From: a virus
Virus record (IMG/VR): IMGVR_UViG_3300030103_003573
Coordinates: 4,156-68,155 of that record
Strand: one strand, 5' to 3'
DNA length: 64,000 bases
Both the position numbers and the translations under genes were made by a program. A model generated the notes under the pieces. It saw only the letters and a program-made list of their open reading frames with translations, was not told the DNA's origin and did not search any database. How positions within the stretch are numbered: position 1 is the stretch's first letter; every line of letters starts with the position of its first letter. Positions 41,701-48,988 of this stretch are shown one piece after another.

Positions 41701-42624
41701 AAAGCAGCGGGGCCTGCATGGGCACGCTACAATAATCCTCTGTATTACAAGGACGATAATGGGGAGTTGCAGATGATTAACTTCACATACACTAATCCGT
41801 TTTCACCAGTTACAGATAGCATAGCAGCTACGGCAGGTGCAGTCTTCAATCCTGATGCAACACCAGAGAGTGCAGCCACTACGCTCTTTAACTCTTTTCT
41901 TGTTAAGAACTTTTTGAGCGATCAGATCTTTGCGGGTGCTGCCGCTGAAGCGATTAACGGGGAGGACATGCAAACTGGTGAGCGCATCTTTATTGATGGC
42001 GTAGACAAAGGTTTCGATAAGCACATCAAACAGTTAGCTCACATTGGGAAAGCAGCCTTCGCACCAAGGACACTTGAGAACGTAGTCAAAGCCATTCGTA
42101 ATTCTGATGGTGACTTCACAGAGTATCATGACTCTCCAATGGGGCTTGTCTTAAATGAGGTCAACCCAATCAGGGCTGCGTTCAGAGAGATACCCGTTAA
42201 TCCTTCTGATAAGTTCAGATCGTTTTTGTTTAAAACAGAACAACGTAGACAACAAATCCGAGAGAAGTTCAGGCCGTTATACAAGGATGACCCGCTATCG
42301 CCGGAAGATATATTTGATATATACGACGAGGTCTACAAAGACATGGAGTCCTTGAACAAGGATGTCATGAACAAGTTCCAAGCCTTTGAGAAGATAGGGA
42401 TACCCAAGGGTAAACTCTATGCGATGGCCCGTGGTTCAGGCGGTGGACCTAAGCTGGGCAAGCGGAGATCTCAACTGCTCCTGCTTGGCTACATGGAACG
42501 TCCTGTATTGTCGGCTAACAAAGTGCAGATCATGCTCAGTGAAAGTCCAGAGATGCAGGATCGTATCAGAGTTTTTGCAGAAGCAGTTAAGAGATACCCT
42601 CGCTTTAGCAAGATTCAGGATTGA
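29800..42624 (+). CDS. Giant (4274 aa) internal virion / polyvalent-type protein with two zincin-like domains
   Basis: Gly-rich hydrophobic segments near the N-terminus, HELFH (37396-37410), HELAH (38125-38139), helical C-terminal region typical of podovirus ejection proteins. Confidence 0.7.
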   Translation: MSEEPFNPLDRLNLTGPDGPLSVNKLEVSSYDDWSSGQPSQDPLQAHLGYGDYLREEYIKNKGYNEDVEVSIQSELGEALAAKGLLTNENSDDVVSQIDAYNEPTLDQKVRDMVAHTSLGQDEWHNGNAYLERNEGAKTPEQIQRLAENALASVNATRNDVLQAKLDAGEISFGRFTDAQGNSFIKAGDSAMDLPLHEALRKSKEAGGGVSLSDAIGIEQVGLLKVADGVNIPRYKMMQLGEVESLIRSELANDDDLSIQLEAIGKRMAERDYSSFDHFEEGFRKRVAQPIRAGLETVIGVIGDSKPSGVAREKAIDQAMLDDIDSTVMGIAKKFNKNPEDVRLAIQEIAVQNAPLKVFKDKDKLALNIRDDGYGLPFVPIGVKLDDDLFEKSLAARTDLTEATKKAITAERDFFATNHFSNISNILANSDLSKKWLEHLNAGRAAKVSDKEILFSFTSNEDNKPYLDLPIFGDLYLKGSDITRPFSTAFSTVFALSGADWAKKHLANVADDQNNRRELAELFGGKLGMAQDLATLIPEVTVDIAATALLSRFGGRALATKAAAVKAPLYASMTKKGVLKALTTNAFRRGAGESTEQLAEKLASQNLIRSATSKTALEALEAYNKVNLKNLTVGAIGLTAANRSSGATYGTVYNSMLKSGATEEVAHDRALGTGMVAGAVTGLVTGGFSYFGRGGMEDALLSGMSYRNMKTVTERIVQKAPYAQLEGVSDAVFQQAIKESTKAVLKGNFFGKSFVKAGAEEFAEESIDEFINTFVTDAGLEQDTPFFDHLKHSLYAGTLGGILGAGAPAVNAAARRLRPDLVGDLIQDATLEQNLINDITNRLREANSSVTADVVRDILTRDLTPDAVRTPSQEDIDAQELAQQDDSEEVKQQAQFLLEIMRSTPEDQIQEEVDAVRQQRRSRKYRSAYAHSSFGNEMAYREDLAQPVIINEKGEVSDLAGVGLTLRTAEGIDEFDYAEMGIAVEDLPRLEKLIRANPDILAMPDSEWATYDPDFTAEVGDSGVRDFRTLDLTNKGFLTEAEYVQLGRLRDRNKIFYAGDDTVYETMPAEAVQQAIRESKKVEFKKPTSQIETDEFFTAYRVFETVNQGGGQQEVFVRQQYLTRKEAEENAAVQMEFGGQPSVEEFQAKSKVKRVDDDGNETIVDHPLLVKKALRKKGPQKPDKKEKRSRTVTKYELVTKGVVDTEQVVEESVAPIPKVGDTIKYLMGKNSKMTEEATVTRIEYPVVKDAEGEVAFEAMDPDIYVQSEFGKDLEEEVPRELIITGRKQTTKTKIKGKKGADKVLGTFDTEAQAKAAAKKKYPTSFEAKTFVRKVTKSDNETASVEDTVSQATDEDGDPVIDKVHEELLNQIATFNIKVRNADGTPKLSKEAATKKLADLLEKQEVKEQKKELTAQEKFEGAINKVNKLESNGSVSPETAELTRGKILGKRLRTLTRQNKIEEAKKLVADTIAAGKPAYIYNSNSKSLREAKIDEKTGKVAFKKGSRPVFVENIAGEKVFITSTKVNGKIVFHKVGEKPADPAGAGLVFRKRENFVKFLEAGLDITDPSKTVNWAGNVTASELEALNRIVENGLPVIGGMSVEGGRTFGVDTKRRNKKPFYNRMRQVIAERIYNLFPVINVQRPVNGKAIYAQTALTAYSPWEFVKTPAGRRLAAKKARTASLRPTNIGGVFRAIAEAVPFIELDKNNKPKAHKPVAFIDENNEGVFDNDPISMKVLLEEGYSVYFPDDFVGRLNPAFRFVQIGARQKLVDIRGVGYTGDISSVKQRKAVVGDINVESFKKRVAFASKFLRGGTAQDVEIDDPNKRGSKTTLRQMLDDLVHTVNNAFLAETFDPTVEPDAPVESTFKFRADELKELDASLDRANKRLVTGTPEEQEQAARQIETVRDRRDRFYEDLRVDVLKEAKKISDPEIETRIATYENLLFEQRTFQERLGLDLSAKEVAVSQTEIDANYRIIEQAVFKREAIARSEAVRVTQDPQLALKKVQSFFKDRHGRLPLTDTNFQLASRILQTEYANEILFYQLKLQLSDPKISEVEENGALVIKEAQIEKAIDLFLRSVNPTAGANPKAKKGSDYRGLKYNENNKVTRQSKIEFAYYILNSQIDQRVDKVEKGSNYQKVFKNYFEERILMRDGLSTRDRMPSYADVGQKIADRILNQQKRRGGVEKENPFNSENATTPDEIDALNLDMDHFVEMRMGVGEVDSLLEKVQMDVVDIINQDPALEQQLDALLKQGPFALSTSNFYLTLTLEEKWAELVAFSRQGSMEGNSAPIAFLQNIRKLNSPAAVKLHRALRLFNIGNLEFGNKNPFILDKNYERFETDQEIKDEFGASAGQEIGGAVRSREELLNFADEIIDARKYVRWLTDEVRAIETDKGKTITDERARAKAASLHKTIKAYSSHKSFFFGSSVQNAVDRAVAIDSNRRVAVELGLKEGRNDPETIINALKKIATDDSLSESQQNAAKILLLKPSYFEFILDQGGGTYAGMARTKDNGRIEVVLDIAGYNGRGLVDVLLHELFHASLLDSLSIDINSTSKTQRDARFAIGQKIREVREKVGNTTTELTDGLKNVQEFVSNMMNNTKFQDYFRGQVGNPEFKKVVQNLFKVLDPQRSKLRKEFKDAFYDVVDLQGYQESTPITLAGVRQEAVNAAVAEMEESDSFNAAFKAVTGQEGDIDTETASPLELEDIAIRAAELKQLVGIKIPSEIRVVFSTLAGGRVANFDPATNTITFDANNAAIGTLNRGMDSLRAAQMVSKILRHELAHKSAKSALTPEMIQRVIDGSSLQDFKNDIDNYYGKGTPEAEAALARLNDPSKAAREKEVLVQERLADHVERAIGGFSSQEYEAFLRANKSLLGVVSFYFKSFINKFIRALGGGVGQLTADERIAVNRMLVELRGIELGYRAPSPVFNPDATPQESLNRFLVVATGVDAQEFIEDQGATNLLPQVGADSQVDQPRATASTMATPRELDGVDKEFADLLSEADVAPDWPYFKSELQKAQDLFEAQAARITLDSFQQLAHSVFVKQVGDGSILKGQTEFDKKKDEFAKLDPTLEVKDEETGETRTIPNEKYQELKEFFEQREQLAQKMFDSWKVAAKLDQPVNLEDRTPLSERFNFNLNTSEGSPPIPDTDALLKMLGKDLELKSQDPSLDDDGRLYSSFRAKSRSAKDSEFDAFDFNYTELFDQFNLPVLEVGDVEVYGKGFINKIRKFVNTHAVGLLQPEVHHWLKHRQGMTKGLSQELMLIRSKLKSLTDKVYPDGVPVDENGVSLVQKASGSTEGVFISDEARKRIDDQYEADMVAAWTESHQASLDGTEPATKIKADFDAALEAAKANQELETQVELGRRRDQLKAERNEAIQRIAQDSKELSNAIEKLGEFRNKMSEKLQEIHNESGKYDLKIDQNNDIYLTRAYRMFLDVGYADAVRNSPEYKKERDAAIAYFESVHLEIEKKIMMQNNPQMTPTEVESAIRDDMQRRHIGKRALEAFISTYDRGSNVNYFGAEEQIKALVDNLKAKKNIPKELRDILGELKDTNLPDNLLRTIMVVGNMAANQSFLNAVAKAGLKTEDNPDGWLFTEEQIAGVDNPSDYAKLVEGSEFNSDFSPLAGLYAKVNTANAFRETFKRHGTIVANPSEQLFENGFKYFRWLTGLSMGLKTLGSIPFYYRNAIGNVLFFGPMQVGYINIFNVKSAGDLVNAGLHKDFAVNFLKESKRNFLGDKAKLNEYIAKLRVLRLVGDESHTNTFKQLMTGERDIDSTLEDFESIIQGKEGDLSLEGKVSKAIGATSRAVSRRGKIIGTDLAPRMAAAMDSFYKMSMFEFELKHLKAAQEHDRKMNPDSTLAKQTDDQLQKDAAQKVLRTMQSYSQAPPIARAASRSVAGALYAPFVRFQADVIRVMWNTPKIALEEINSGNPILKKRGVQRFSGFVQTAGLASLGLPVLLRTIFGIGDDEDEALKAAGPAWARYNNPLYYKDDNGELQMINFTYTNPFSPVTDSIAATAGAVFNPDATPESAATTLFNSFLVKNFLSDQIFAGAAAEAINGEDMQTGERIFIDGVDKGFDKHIKQLAHIGKAAFAPRTLENVVKAIRNSDGDFTEYHDSPMGLVLNEVNPIRAAFREIPVNPSDKFRSFLFKTEQRRQQIREKFRPLYKDDPLSPEDIFDIYDEVYKDMESLNKDVMNKFQAFEKIGIPKGKLYAMARGSGGGPKLGKRRSQLLLLGYMERPVLSANKVQIMLSESPEMQDRIRVFAEAVKRYPRFSKIQD

Positions 42625-42824
42625 TCCTTTGTTTCTACTTCAAACCTAGTGGCTTGTTCTGCCGCCGTTATCATGGCGGTGATCTGCTGAGAATGTTTCA
42701 TGCCTAAGCAGTAGACCTTGCCTAACTCAGCGTGGAGTTGTTCCTTGCTCCACTTCCGAGAAGCTACATTCTTTAAGATGTATTGTTCTAACTTACTTAA
42801 CTCAGAAGTGTGCCGTTTCGCCAT
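42615..42824 (-). CDS. Hypothetical protein
   Basis: Last ORF of the minus-strand operon; start uncertain (42824, 42842 or 42890). Confidence 0.5.
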   Translation of the reverse strand: MAKRHTSELSKLEQYILKNVASRKWSKEQLHAELGKVYCLGMKHSQQITAMITAAEQATRFEVETKDQS

Positions 42825-42828
42825 AGTC

Positions 42829-43149
42829 TTATTGATGCTCATCGTTTCCACAGATAGCTTCAGTTTTTTCATGGACACCACTGATCTCATACAATGAGTT
42901 CAGCGTTACCCTGCTCACCGCGTTCACTAAGAGTGATACGTTTTCGAGATCCTGCTTATCGATTCCAGCGAGGGCTACAGCGGACAGAATGAATCTGCCG
43001 TATGCTTCGCTGTCATGCATGTGCATGGACCGGACTGATCCAGATGAAGTGAACACGCATATTGACCAGCGACAACGGGCGCTCTCATCGCGCATGGCAG
43101 TCACGGTAATAGAGTTGTCCTTACCTAATTTAATTATTTCTTTATTCAT
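42829..43149 (-). CDS. Hypothetical protein
   Basis: 106 aa, ATGA-coupled. Confidence 0.6.
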   Translation of the reverse strand: MNKEIIKLGKDNSITVTAMRDESARCRWSICVFTSSGSVRSMHMHDSEAYGRFILSAVALAGIDKQDLENVSLLVNAVSRVTLNSLYEISGVHEKTEAICGNDEHQ

Positions 43150-43370
43150 TTTACTGCGTCGCTGTCGTGCTTCTTCTTCGAGACGAGCACCATCTTTTCG
43201 ATAGTAACATCTTCTATGACATGGATGGTCTGGACGTAATCAAGGGATTCCGAGATATCATTTAGCATGGTTTTGATATCAGCCTCTGGCGTCAGGGGGT
43301 AGCGGTCGTGGGCAGAATTGAATATGAACTCCGCTTTGTAATATATTTTTGATGTTGTTGATTTACTCAT
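43146..43370 (-). CDS. Hypothetical protein
   Basis: 74 aa, ATGA-coupled. Confidence 0.6.
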   Translation of the reverse strand: MSKSTTSKIYYKAEFIFNSAHDRYPLTPEADIKTMLNDISESLDYVQTIHVIEDVTIEKMVLVSKKKHDSDAVK

Positions 43371-43564
43371 TTGTTTTTTTGTTTGTGGTTTCGCTTTGTG
43401 ACAGGCCCGATGCGGGTCGTCGATTCTTTTCTCAATATTTCTACGGCGTGTTGCAGCTCCCTCTTGAGGTCGCTATCAGGAAGTTTCTTAATACCGTTTT
43501 TCAAAACCATCTCAGCGCAAGTGCGCCGGATAGCTGGCATGTATTTCCTTACGTCGATTATCAT
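43367..43564 (-). CDS. Hypothetical protein
   Basis: 65 aa, coupled to the helicase stop. Confidence 0.6.
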   Translation of the reverse strand: MIIDVRKYMPAIRRTCAEMVLKNGIKKLPDSDLKRELQHAVEILRKESTTRIGPVTKRNHKQKNK

Positions 43565-44898
43565 TATTCGTGGAGGTCCAAGTGGTTCTCAATCTTGCGG
43601 TTGATGCTACGCATTACATGCTCCTCGATAGAGTTGGCTGCAACCAGCACCTGTTGCAAGGCGTCTGACTTAGCACCGTTGCGGTGAATCCTACCAAGCA
43701 CCTGCTGGTAATCCTTACTGTTAAACGTAGGACAGATGAAGGAGACACGGGGGCGCATACCTTGGATGTCATGCAACGATATGCCGGTGCCACCCGCGCT
43801 GATGTTGCACACGATACAGTGTGACTCATCACGTTGGAACTCATCGATGACGAACTGTCTTTCATGCGGTTTTTGTGAGCCGTCAATCTTTCCACAATGG
43901 AGGCGAGCAGTGAGCGCGTCCACCGTATCAGAAAAGTTCACAAACAAGACAACGCTACTTCCAGCAGCCATTGCATTCTCTGCCATGTCAGCCAGATCAA
44001 CTGCCTTGTAACTCTCAGCAAGCTGGCGAGCACGTAGCAGGTTCACCAGAACATACTCGCTGTCAGTCACCGTGCCCTTGTGAATGAACTCATCAATGAT
44101 CTTAGGCGTCAGGCCGATGTCATCGTAAGCCTTCAGAATCTTAGCGTTAGATCTGAAGTTCACAGGCGTAGTGAAAACGCGGTTGTTCCTGAATGAATCA
44201 GGGAAGTCCTCAATCGAAAGGCGGTGAGTGTTCACCCCATACATCTTGGAACGGAGGCGCGGTAGCTTGGTGCGGTCAGTCATCTTCCAGCGCCTCCATT
44301 GATCTTGCGTTACGCCATGCTGCTTCATGAAAGACCAGAAGTGATACAGCGTGCCCTTGCTATAATTGTTAGAATGTAGACCAAGGATGTAACCCAGAGC
44401 CTTCATCTCACTAGCATCCTCGCAAGGTGTGCCAGACATGCAATGGATACGGTAACCCTGATCAACAAGTTGGATAGCCATCTTGCTGTTAGTAGTGTTC
44501 ATGCCTTTGCACTTGTGAACCTCATCGATCATGATGAGCGTATCGGTTGGAAGCTCCCGCTCATTCCAGACATAGGAGACAAACTTCTTACCAGTCTTGG
44601 TGACCTTGGTAACCTTGTCCAGATACTTGGTGTTACCTGTTTTTAGTCTTTCCAAGTTAAGGATGAACACTGGCTTGATGCCAACCTCCTCCATCTCTCG
44701 CTCCCATGAGGGGAGCACTGCCTTTGGTGCAATGATTGCAACCGGCTTGCCATAGTCACGGGCTAGGTGACAAGCCACGATTGTCTTGCCCGTTCCCATG
44801 TGAGAGGAGTCGAGCGTGTTGCGACCAGAGAGCAGCACCTTCAGGAAGAAGGCAACTGCTAGGACTTGCGGTGGGAATAATACTTTAGGAATTATCAT
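43564..44898 (-). CDS. Superfamily 2 (SNF2-like) helicase
   Basis: MGTGKT, IDEVH, MSGT, AGGTGISL and QVLGRIHRNG motifs. Confidence 0.88.
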   Translation of the reverse strand: MIIPKVLFPPQVLAVAFFLKVLLSGRNTLDSSHMGTGKTIVACHLARDYGKPVAIIAPKAVLPSWEREMEEVGIKPVFILNLERLKTGNTKYLDKVTKVTKTGKKFVSYVWNERELPTDTLIMIDEVHKCKGMNTTNSKMAIQLVDQGYRIHCMSGTPCEDASEMKALGYILGLHSNNYSKGTLYHFWSFMKQHGVTQDQWRRWKMTDRTKLPRLRSKMYGVNTHRLSIEDFPDSFRNNRVFTTPVNFRSNAKILKAYDDIGLTPKIIDEFIHKGTVTDSEYVLVNLLRARQLAESYKAVDLADMAENAMAAGSSVVLFVNFSDTVDALTARLHCGKIDGSQKPHERQFVIDEFQRDESHCIVCNISAGGTGISLHDIQGMRPRVSFICPTFNSKDYQQVLGRIHRNGAKSDALQQVLVAANSIEEHVMRSINRKIENHLDLHE

Positions 44899-44924
44899 TT
44901 TCTTTTGTTGTTATGTTGCTGCCC

Positions 44925-44960
44925 CTTTTGTCAGGCAAGGGGCCAGCCGTCAATTATTTT
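44925..44960 (-). promoter_or_regulatory. Repeated TTGACG-containing element, copy 1
   Basis: 36 bp with 3 mismatches to 47542-47577; minus strand aaTTGACGgctg...cttgcctgacaaaag. Confidence 0.55.
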
Positions 44961-46462
44961 CAACCAAGGTCCACTGGGAGCCAAGTGCCCCAAGGGTAGA
45001 GCTTCTCTCCCTGCCAGCCGTAGTCCAGCCAGACAACCTTGTAATCATACGGTTCCTCATCAGGCATCCGACTCCAATCAGTCTCACCATCAGTGAAGAA
45101 GAACAACGCACTGATCTCCTGATCGAGCTGCTCCTTCTCGATATAGGTGAACACCTTGTCCAACTCAGTCCACCCGTTCCCGAGGCTGGTGAGCTTATCA
45201 GGAAATGGATCACCGTAGTTAAGGTCCACAACCTCACCGACCTCATCGTCAATGGGGATCAGGATCACTCTTGAGAACTCCTTGTTGAGAGCAAACTCTT
45301 GAGCACGGGCGATCTGATCTTTCAACTCAGACTCACCAATGGAGCCAGACATATCGAATGCGAATGCCACCGTGCCAAGGGTTGGCTTGTCCCGTGCATC
45401 ACCAAGGCATCCCGTTGTGACATACGTATCATGATCGTATGGTGAACCCCACTTGGGATCTGTCATGTCATCCAGCACATCGGCCAGCAGTTCATCCCAA
45501 GGAACGGGATCACCGTGAACCTCATGCGCTGCTTCAGCAGCCCTTGCTTCCTTTAGATCTTTTTCAGATAAGAAAGTCTCACCCTTTCTCTCAGCAATAG
45601 ATGAGCTGAGAACTACGGAGTTGATATTCTCTCGCTCCTGCTTCTCAACTTCTTCCAGCGTGGAGCCTTCAGGAATCTCAGGAGGAAGAACATCACCACC
45701 AAGTGAAGAGTCACCATGATCTGATTGGCTGGCACCAATGCTGTCAGCAATCGATTGACCATCGTCACCGTCCTGCTGGTCATCACCATCGCCGGTTCCA
45801 TCGTCACCGTCCTGCTGATCGTCACCGTCCTGCTGATCGTCACCGTCCTGCTGGTCGCCATCCTCGGAAGGATCAGGACTCTTCATGAGCAGTTGATAGA
45901 TGCCCCTGATTGTCATGTTCCCATACCCACTGATCACTTGCTCACGGGGATCCATGTTCTGCTTCTTACCTTCAGCAAGGAGAGGATCATGGCAGGGTGT
46001 GAACTTACCATGCTCATCCTCAAACTCTATGATCGGGAATGGAGTGAAGCCGATCTTAGGTTCAAGGCTTAGGTTACGCTGGTGGATAATCCAGTTGTGA
46101 TGAAAGTCCATAGCACGATTTGCATTCGCTCTGTCCTTCAGATCTGCAAACCTGATAGAGTCCATGCTGAATTTGTGGGAGCCTTCATGAACCCAGAGGA
46201 ATGAAACATTCCCTTCAGGATCCTCCAATGCCTCCAGCCGTAGCATCCCCTTGGGATTGACCAGCACGGAGGTGTTACTGATAGCAGCAAAGTGTCCACA
46301 TATCTCAGTATGTGGACACAAATACCACTTCATGCCAATGAGACCATCATAGATCTCAGGGGCATACCGCTTGCATCTACGCAACCCAGCAGCAATCAGG
46401 TCGCTACCCCTGACTGATGGTGAGAAGCGTTCAAGCACATCTTCTAATTTCTTCTTAGCCAT
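44960..46462 (-). CDS. Metallopeptidase-like plus VWA domain protein (DUF2201-like)
   Basis: WVHEGSH...NRAMD, acidic linker, MIDAS motif DMSGS and FFTDG. Confidence 0.8.
   Translation of the reverse strand: MAKKKLEDVLERFSPSVRGSDLIAAGLRRCKRYAPEIYDGLIGMKWYLCPHTEICGHFAAISNTSVLVNPKGMLRLEALEDPEGNVSFLWVHEGSHKFSMDSIRFADLKDRANANRAMDFHHNWIIHQRNLSLEPKIGFTPFPIIEFEDEHGKFTPCHDPLLAEGKKQNMDPREQVISGYGNMTIRGIYQLLMKSPDPSEDGDQQDGDDQQDGDDQQDGDDGTGDGDDQQDGDDGQSIADSIGASQSDHGDSSLGGDVLPPEIPEGSTLEEVEKQERENINSVVLSSSIAERKGETFLSEKDLKEARAAEAAHEVHGDPVPWDELLADVLDDMTDPKWGSPYDHDTYVTTGCLGDARDKPTLGTVAFAFDMSGSIGESELKDQIARAQEFALNKEFSRVILIPIDDEVGEVVDLNYGDPFPDKLTSLGNGWTELDKVFTYIEKEQLDQEISALFFFTDGETDWSRMPDEEPYDYKVVWLDYGWQGEKLYPWGTWLPVDLG
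45758..45863 (-). repeat. 18-bp tandem repeat encoding a QQDGDD linker
   Basis: cagcaggacggtgacgat units x4, one of them separated by a short spacer. Confidence 0.85.
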
Positions 46463-46498
46463 TATGTTGTTTTGTTATTTTTGCATTAACACTCGGAA

Positions 46499-46516
46499 GG
46501 TTAACGGGCGTTAACC
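46499..46516. repeat. GGTTAAC-N4-GTTAACC palindrome, copy 1
   Basis: ggttaac gggc gttaacc; contains the TAA stop of 46511..47509. Confidence 0.9.
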
Positions 46517-47509
46517 CCATGACATCATGTCATCCTTTGCCTCCTCGATTATGGCAGCGCCCTTCACGATAAGATCGATTGCCTCCTCCCTTTCAGGCGG
46601 CGCGGCATTCTTCATGTCCACATGCTGAATGCTACTTGCAGCCGTGTTGAATACCTTGCTGAGTTTATCAGCTACAACGTCCGAGATATTGTAGCGTGCC
46701 ATAAGATCCTTGGCACCAGTGAGCGCCTCTTGAATCTCTGTCACCCGCTTCTGAGTCACCCTACCATTCTTATCAGTGTGGGACTTGTGGAGTGACTTGG
46801 CATTGTCCCGCATACTCTTCACAAGATACTCAACAGCATTCAGCATGTTGTTATCTTGCAGCGTCTTGTTATGGTGGACTTGAGCAGCCGTCTTGTTCTT
46901 CACCTCATTGGTAATGGCAGTGAGGAATCCGCTACGGCCAACCTCTTCAGGCTCCGTGTAGAAGATAGCCTCGATACGGAACCAGCTCTTGAGATCATCC
47001 ACACTAGGGTAGTTCATCTCCCTTGCGTTCATACCGATGCGTGCTTTCGATCTTGCGAGCATCGTATCGTATTCCAACTCAAGGTCAGGACGAACCCTGT
47101 TGATCTCAGCATTGTGCTTGTCAATCCAATGCTCCATTGCAGCACGCTCTGAAGCAGCGATGCTGTATCCTCCAGCGGCACTTGGCATGAGCCTCCCGAT
47201 GAAGCCAGCAGCCTTTGCCGCTTTGCCAAGGTGATCACTGGAATCAAAGATGGAGTTGAATGATCGTCCGATCTTGGCGATCTTACCAAGGGCACACTTG
47301 GGTTCCTCTTGTTTTGTTCTGTAAGGAACAGGTTTGAACATCGTGTCCCGACAACGGGCACTGGTTGAACCCGTGAGTTCCTTGATGGTAACTGATGCGT
47401 TCTTCAGGTTCTTACTATTCTTGGTCCATGTTGTTTTGACAGTGGGAACAACACGGATAGTTGAATGGATAGAACTTGGAGCCGACAATTTATTGAATGA
47501 TTGTTTCAT
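46511..47509 (-). CDS. Hypothetical protein (DUF3150-like) between the AAA and VWA genes
   Basis: ARIG...NYPSVDDLKSWF resembles the YP motif of proteins found in phage AAA/VWA clusters; family call tentative. Confidence 0.55.
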   Translation of the reverse strand: MKQSFNKLSAPSSIHSTIRVVPTVKTTWTKNSKNLKNASVTIKELTGSTSARCRDTMFKPVPYRTKQEEPKCALGKIAKIGRSFNSIFDSSDHLGKAAKAAGFIGRLMPSAAGGYSIAASERAAMEHWIDKHNAEINRVRPDLELEYDTMLARSKARIGMNAREMNYPSVDDLKSWFRIEAIFYTEPEEVGRSGFLTAITNEVKNKTAAQVHHNKTLQDNNMLNAVEYLVKSMRDNAKSLHKSHTDKNGRVTQKRVTEIQEALTGAKDLMARYNISDVVADKLSKVFNTAASSIQHVDMKNAAPPEREEAIDLIVKGAAIIEEAKDDMMSWG

Positions 47510-47541
47510 TTATCTTTTTACTTTTGATTGAACCGAAACCG

Positions 47542-47587
47542 CTTTTGTCAGGCAAGCGGACAGCCGTCAATTCTTTTCTAATAAAGT
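47542..47587 (-). promoter_or_regulatory. Repeated TTGACG-containing element, copy 2
   Basis: Shares 36 bp with copy 1 and an exact 24 bp (47564-47587) with copy 3. Confidence 0.55.
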
Positions 47588-47599
47588 AGATAAGGGGAA

Positions 47600-47617
47600 G
47601 GTTAACGGGCGTTAACC
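47600..47617. repeat. GGTTAAC-N4-GTTAACC palindrome, copy 2
   Basis: ggttaac gggc gttaacc, extendable by gggga/tcccc arms. Confidence 0.9.
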
Positions 47618-47629
47618 CTCCCCCCGCTG

Positions 47630-48928
47630 CTACTTGAGGGAGGAAGCACTGGCACACTGAGCAAGATCCACTCCCTTGTATTGGCACTGGTCGTATAGAT
47701 ACTCAGCCACTCCCTTGTGCAATGCACCAAGGAGATCATGAGTGAACCAGCCAGTCAGTTGCTTGTTGTGCAAGGCAACCTCCAATCCCTGATCAGAGAT
47801 CTCCTGCTCCTGACAGAGTAGATCAAGAGCACCGATACAGAATCGATACTGTTTGTCAGGACTGTCAGGCAAGGCAGTGTGATCACCGGCCTTGAACTTC
47901 TTCACATCTTCAATGATGTGACGGGTAGTGCCAATCCACTGAGCACACTTCTCACCCTGCTCTCTTCCAAGGTAGCCAATCAGCATTGCCTCGAAAGCAT
48001 CAGAGCGGTAGTCGCCCCAAGGTAACATGGCAGCACGGGCGGCACGCTCATACGTTCTTCCCGTTGCAGCTTGCTGTCCACGGTAGGACTCAACTCCCTT
48101 GAGAGGATCATGCTTGGCACTACGCTTCTCAAACTCCAGCCACTGAGTGACCTTGCTGGTCGCACACTTGTGACCGGCGGGATCTTCAATCACTGCTTTG
48201 ACAGCGAGCACATCCTTTATCCTGAAGGGAAGTGACTCAAGCATGGACTCCAAACTGAGTGAAGGATCGTTCTTCAGATCAGCAAGGAGAACTTCCAGAT
48301 CAGGTTTGCTGGTAGTAAGCAGCGCCCTGTTCTGGAAAGGGAGCGGAACGATCTTGGAGTTGGCACCATCGTAAGGACGGTTACCCGTTCCAACAATCAG
48401 CATGTTGTCAGCACACTTGAACCCTCCCAGCATCGGACCTTCCCATTCAGTCCCGACTCTGATTGGCATCATGTCATCATCCAGAACAACCTTACCTGCT
48501 TTGTCCCTTTTGTATTTAGCAACCTCGCCATCAGGATGGAATAGATCCTGAAACTGATTGTATGAATGGGCCGAGCCGTTTCCGATCTCCTCGATATTGT
48601 AGATGCCACGATCACTGCCATGCTCATCATACAGCGGGACATCAACCTTGTTAGGAGGACCCTTGAGTAGTGGACCTCCGGGATCCGCTTGGTTTGGATA
48701 TATCTGGCCACCATACACAGAGTAAGGTTGCTCCGTGAAGTTAGTCCGTTTTATCCAGACCGCTCCGATCACGGCAGCCAGCCTCTTCACCAGCCAACTC
48801 TTACCAGAGCCAGCAGCTCCAAGCTGAATGAGGAAGGGATCCTTCTGGACCATGCAAGCAAGTGCAAGGATCAGCATTGTGTGGAGGGATACATCATTGC
48901 CCATACGGGCTTCATCTTGTGGTTTCAT
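47630..48928 (-). CDS. MoxR-like AAA+ ATPase
   Basis: Walker A GAAGSGKS, Walker B NIEE, sensor IVGTGNR, FQNR arginine finger; start moved to ATG 48928 after an A-rich leader. Confidence 0.75.
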   Translation of the reverse strand: MKPQDEARMGNDVSLHTMLILALACMVQKDPFLIQLGAAGSGKSWLVKRLAAVIGAVWIKRTNFTEQPYSVYGGQIYPNQADPGGPLLKGPPNKVDVPLYDEHGSDRGIYNIEEIGNGSAHSYNQFQDLFHPDGEVAKYKRDKAGKVVLDDDMMPIRVGTEWEGPMLGGFKCADNMLIVGTGNRPYDGANSKIVPLPFQNRALLTTSKPDLEVLLADLKNDPSLSLESMLESLPFRIKDVLAVKAVIEDPAGHKCATSKVTQWLEFEKRSAKHDPLKGVESYRGQQAATGRTYERAARAAMLPWGDYRSDAFEAMLIGYLGREQGEKCAQWIGTTRHIIEDVKKFKAGDHTALPDSPDKQYRFCIGALDLLCQEQEISDQGLEVALHNKQLTGWFTHDLLGALHKGVAEYLYDQCQYKGVDLAQCASASSLK

Positions 48929-48988
48929 TATTACGTTTTGTTGTTTTACTTTTAAGGTGCCCATCCTTTAGAGCGGCGATGAGCTTCT

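Noticed and set aside
29800-42624. Virion RNA polymerase call
   Set aside because: No NADFDGD-type or T7/N4-type catalytic motif recognised by eye; kept only as a hypothesis to test
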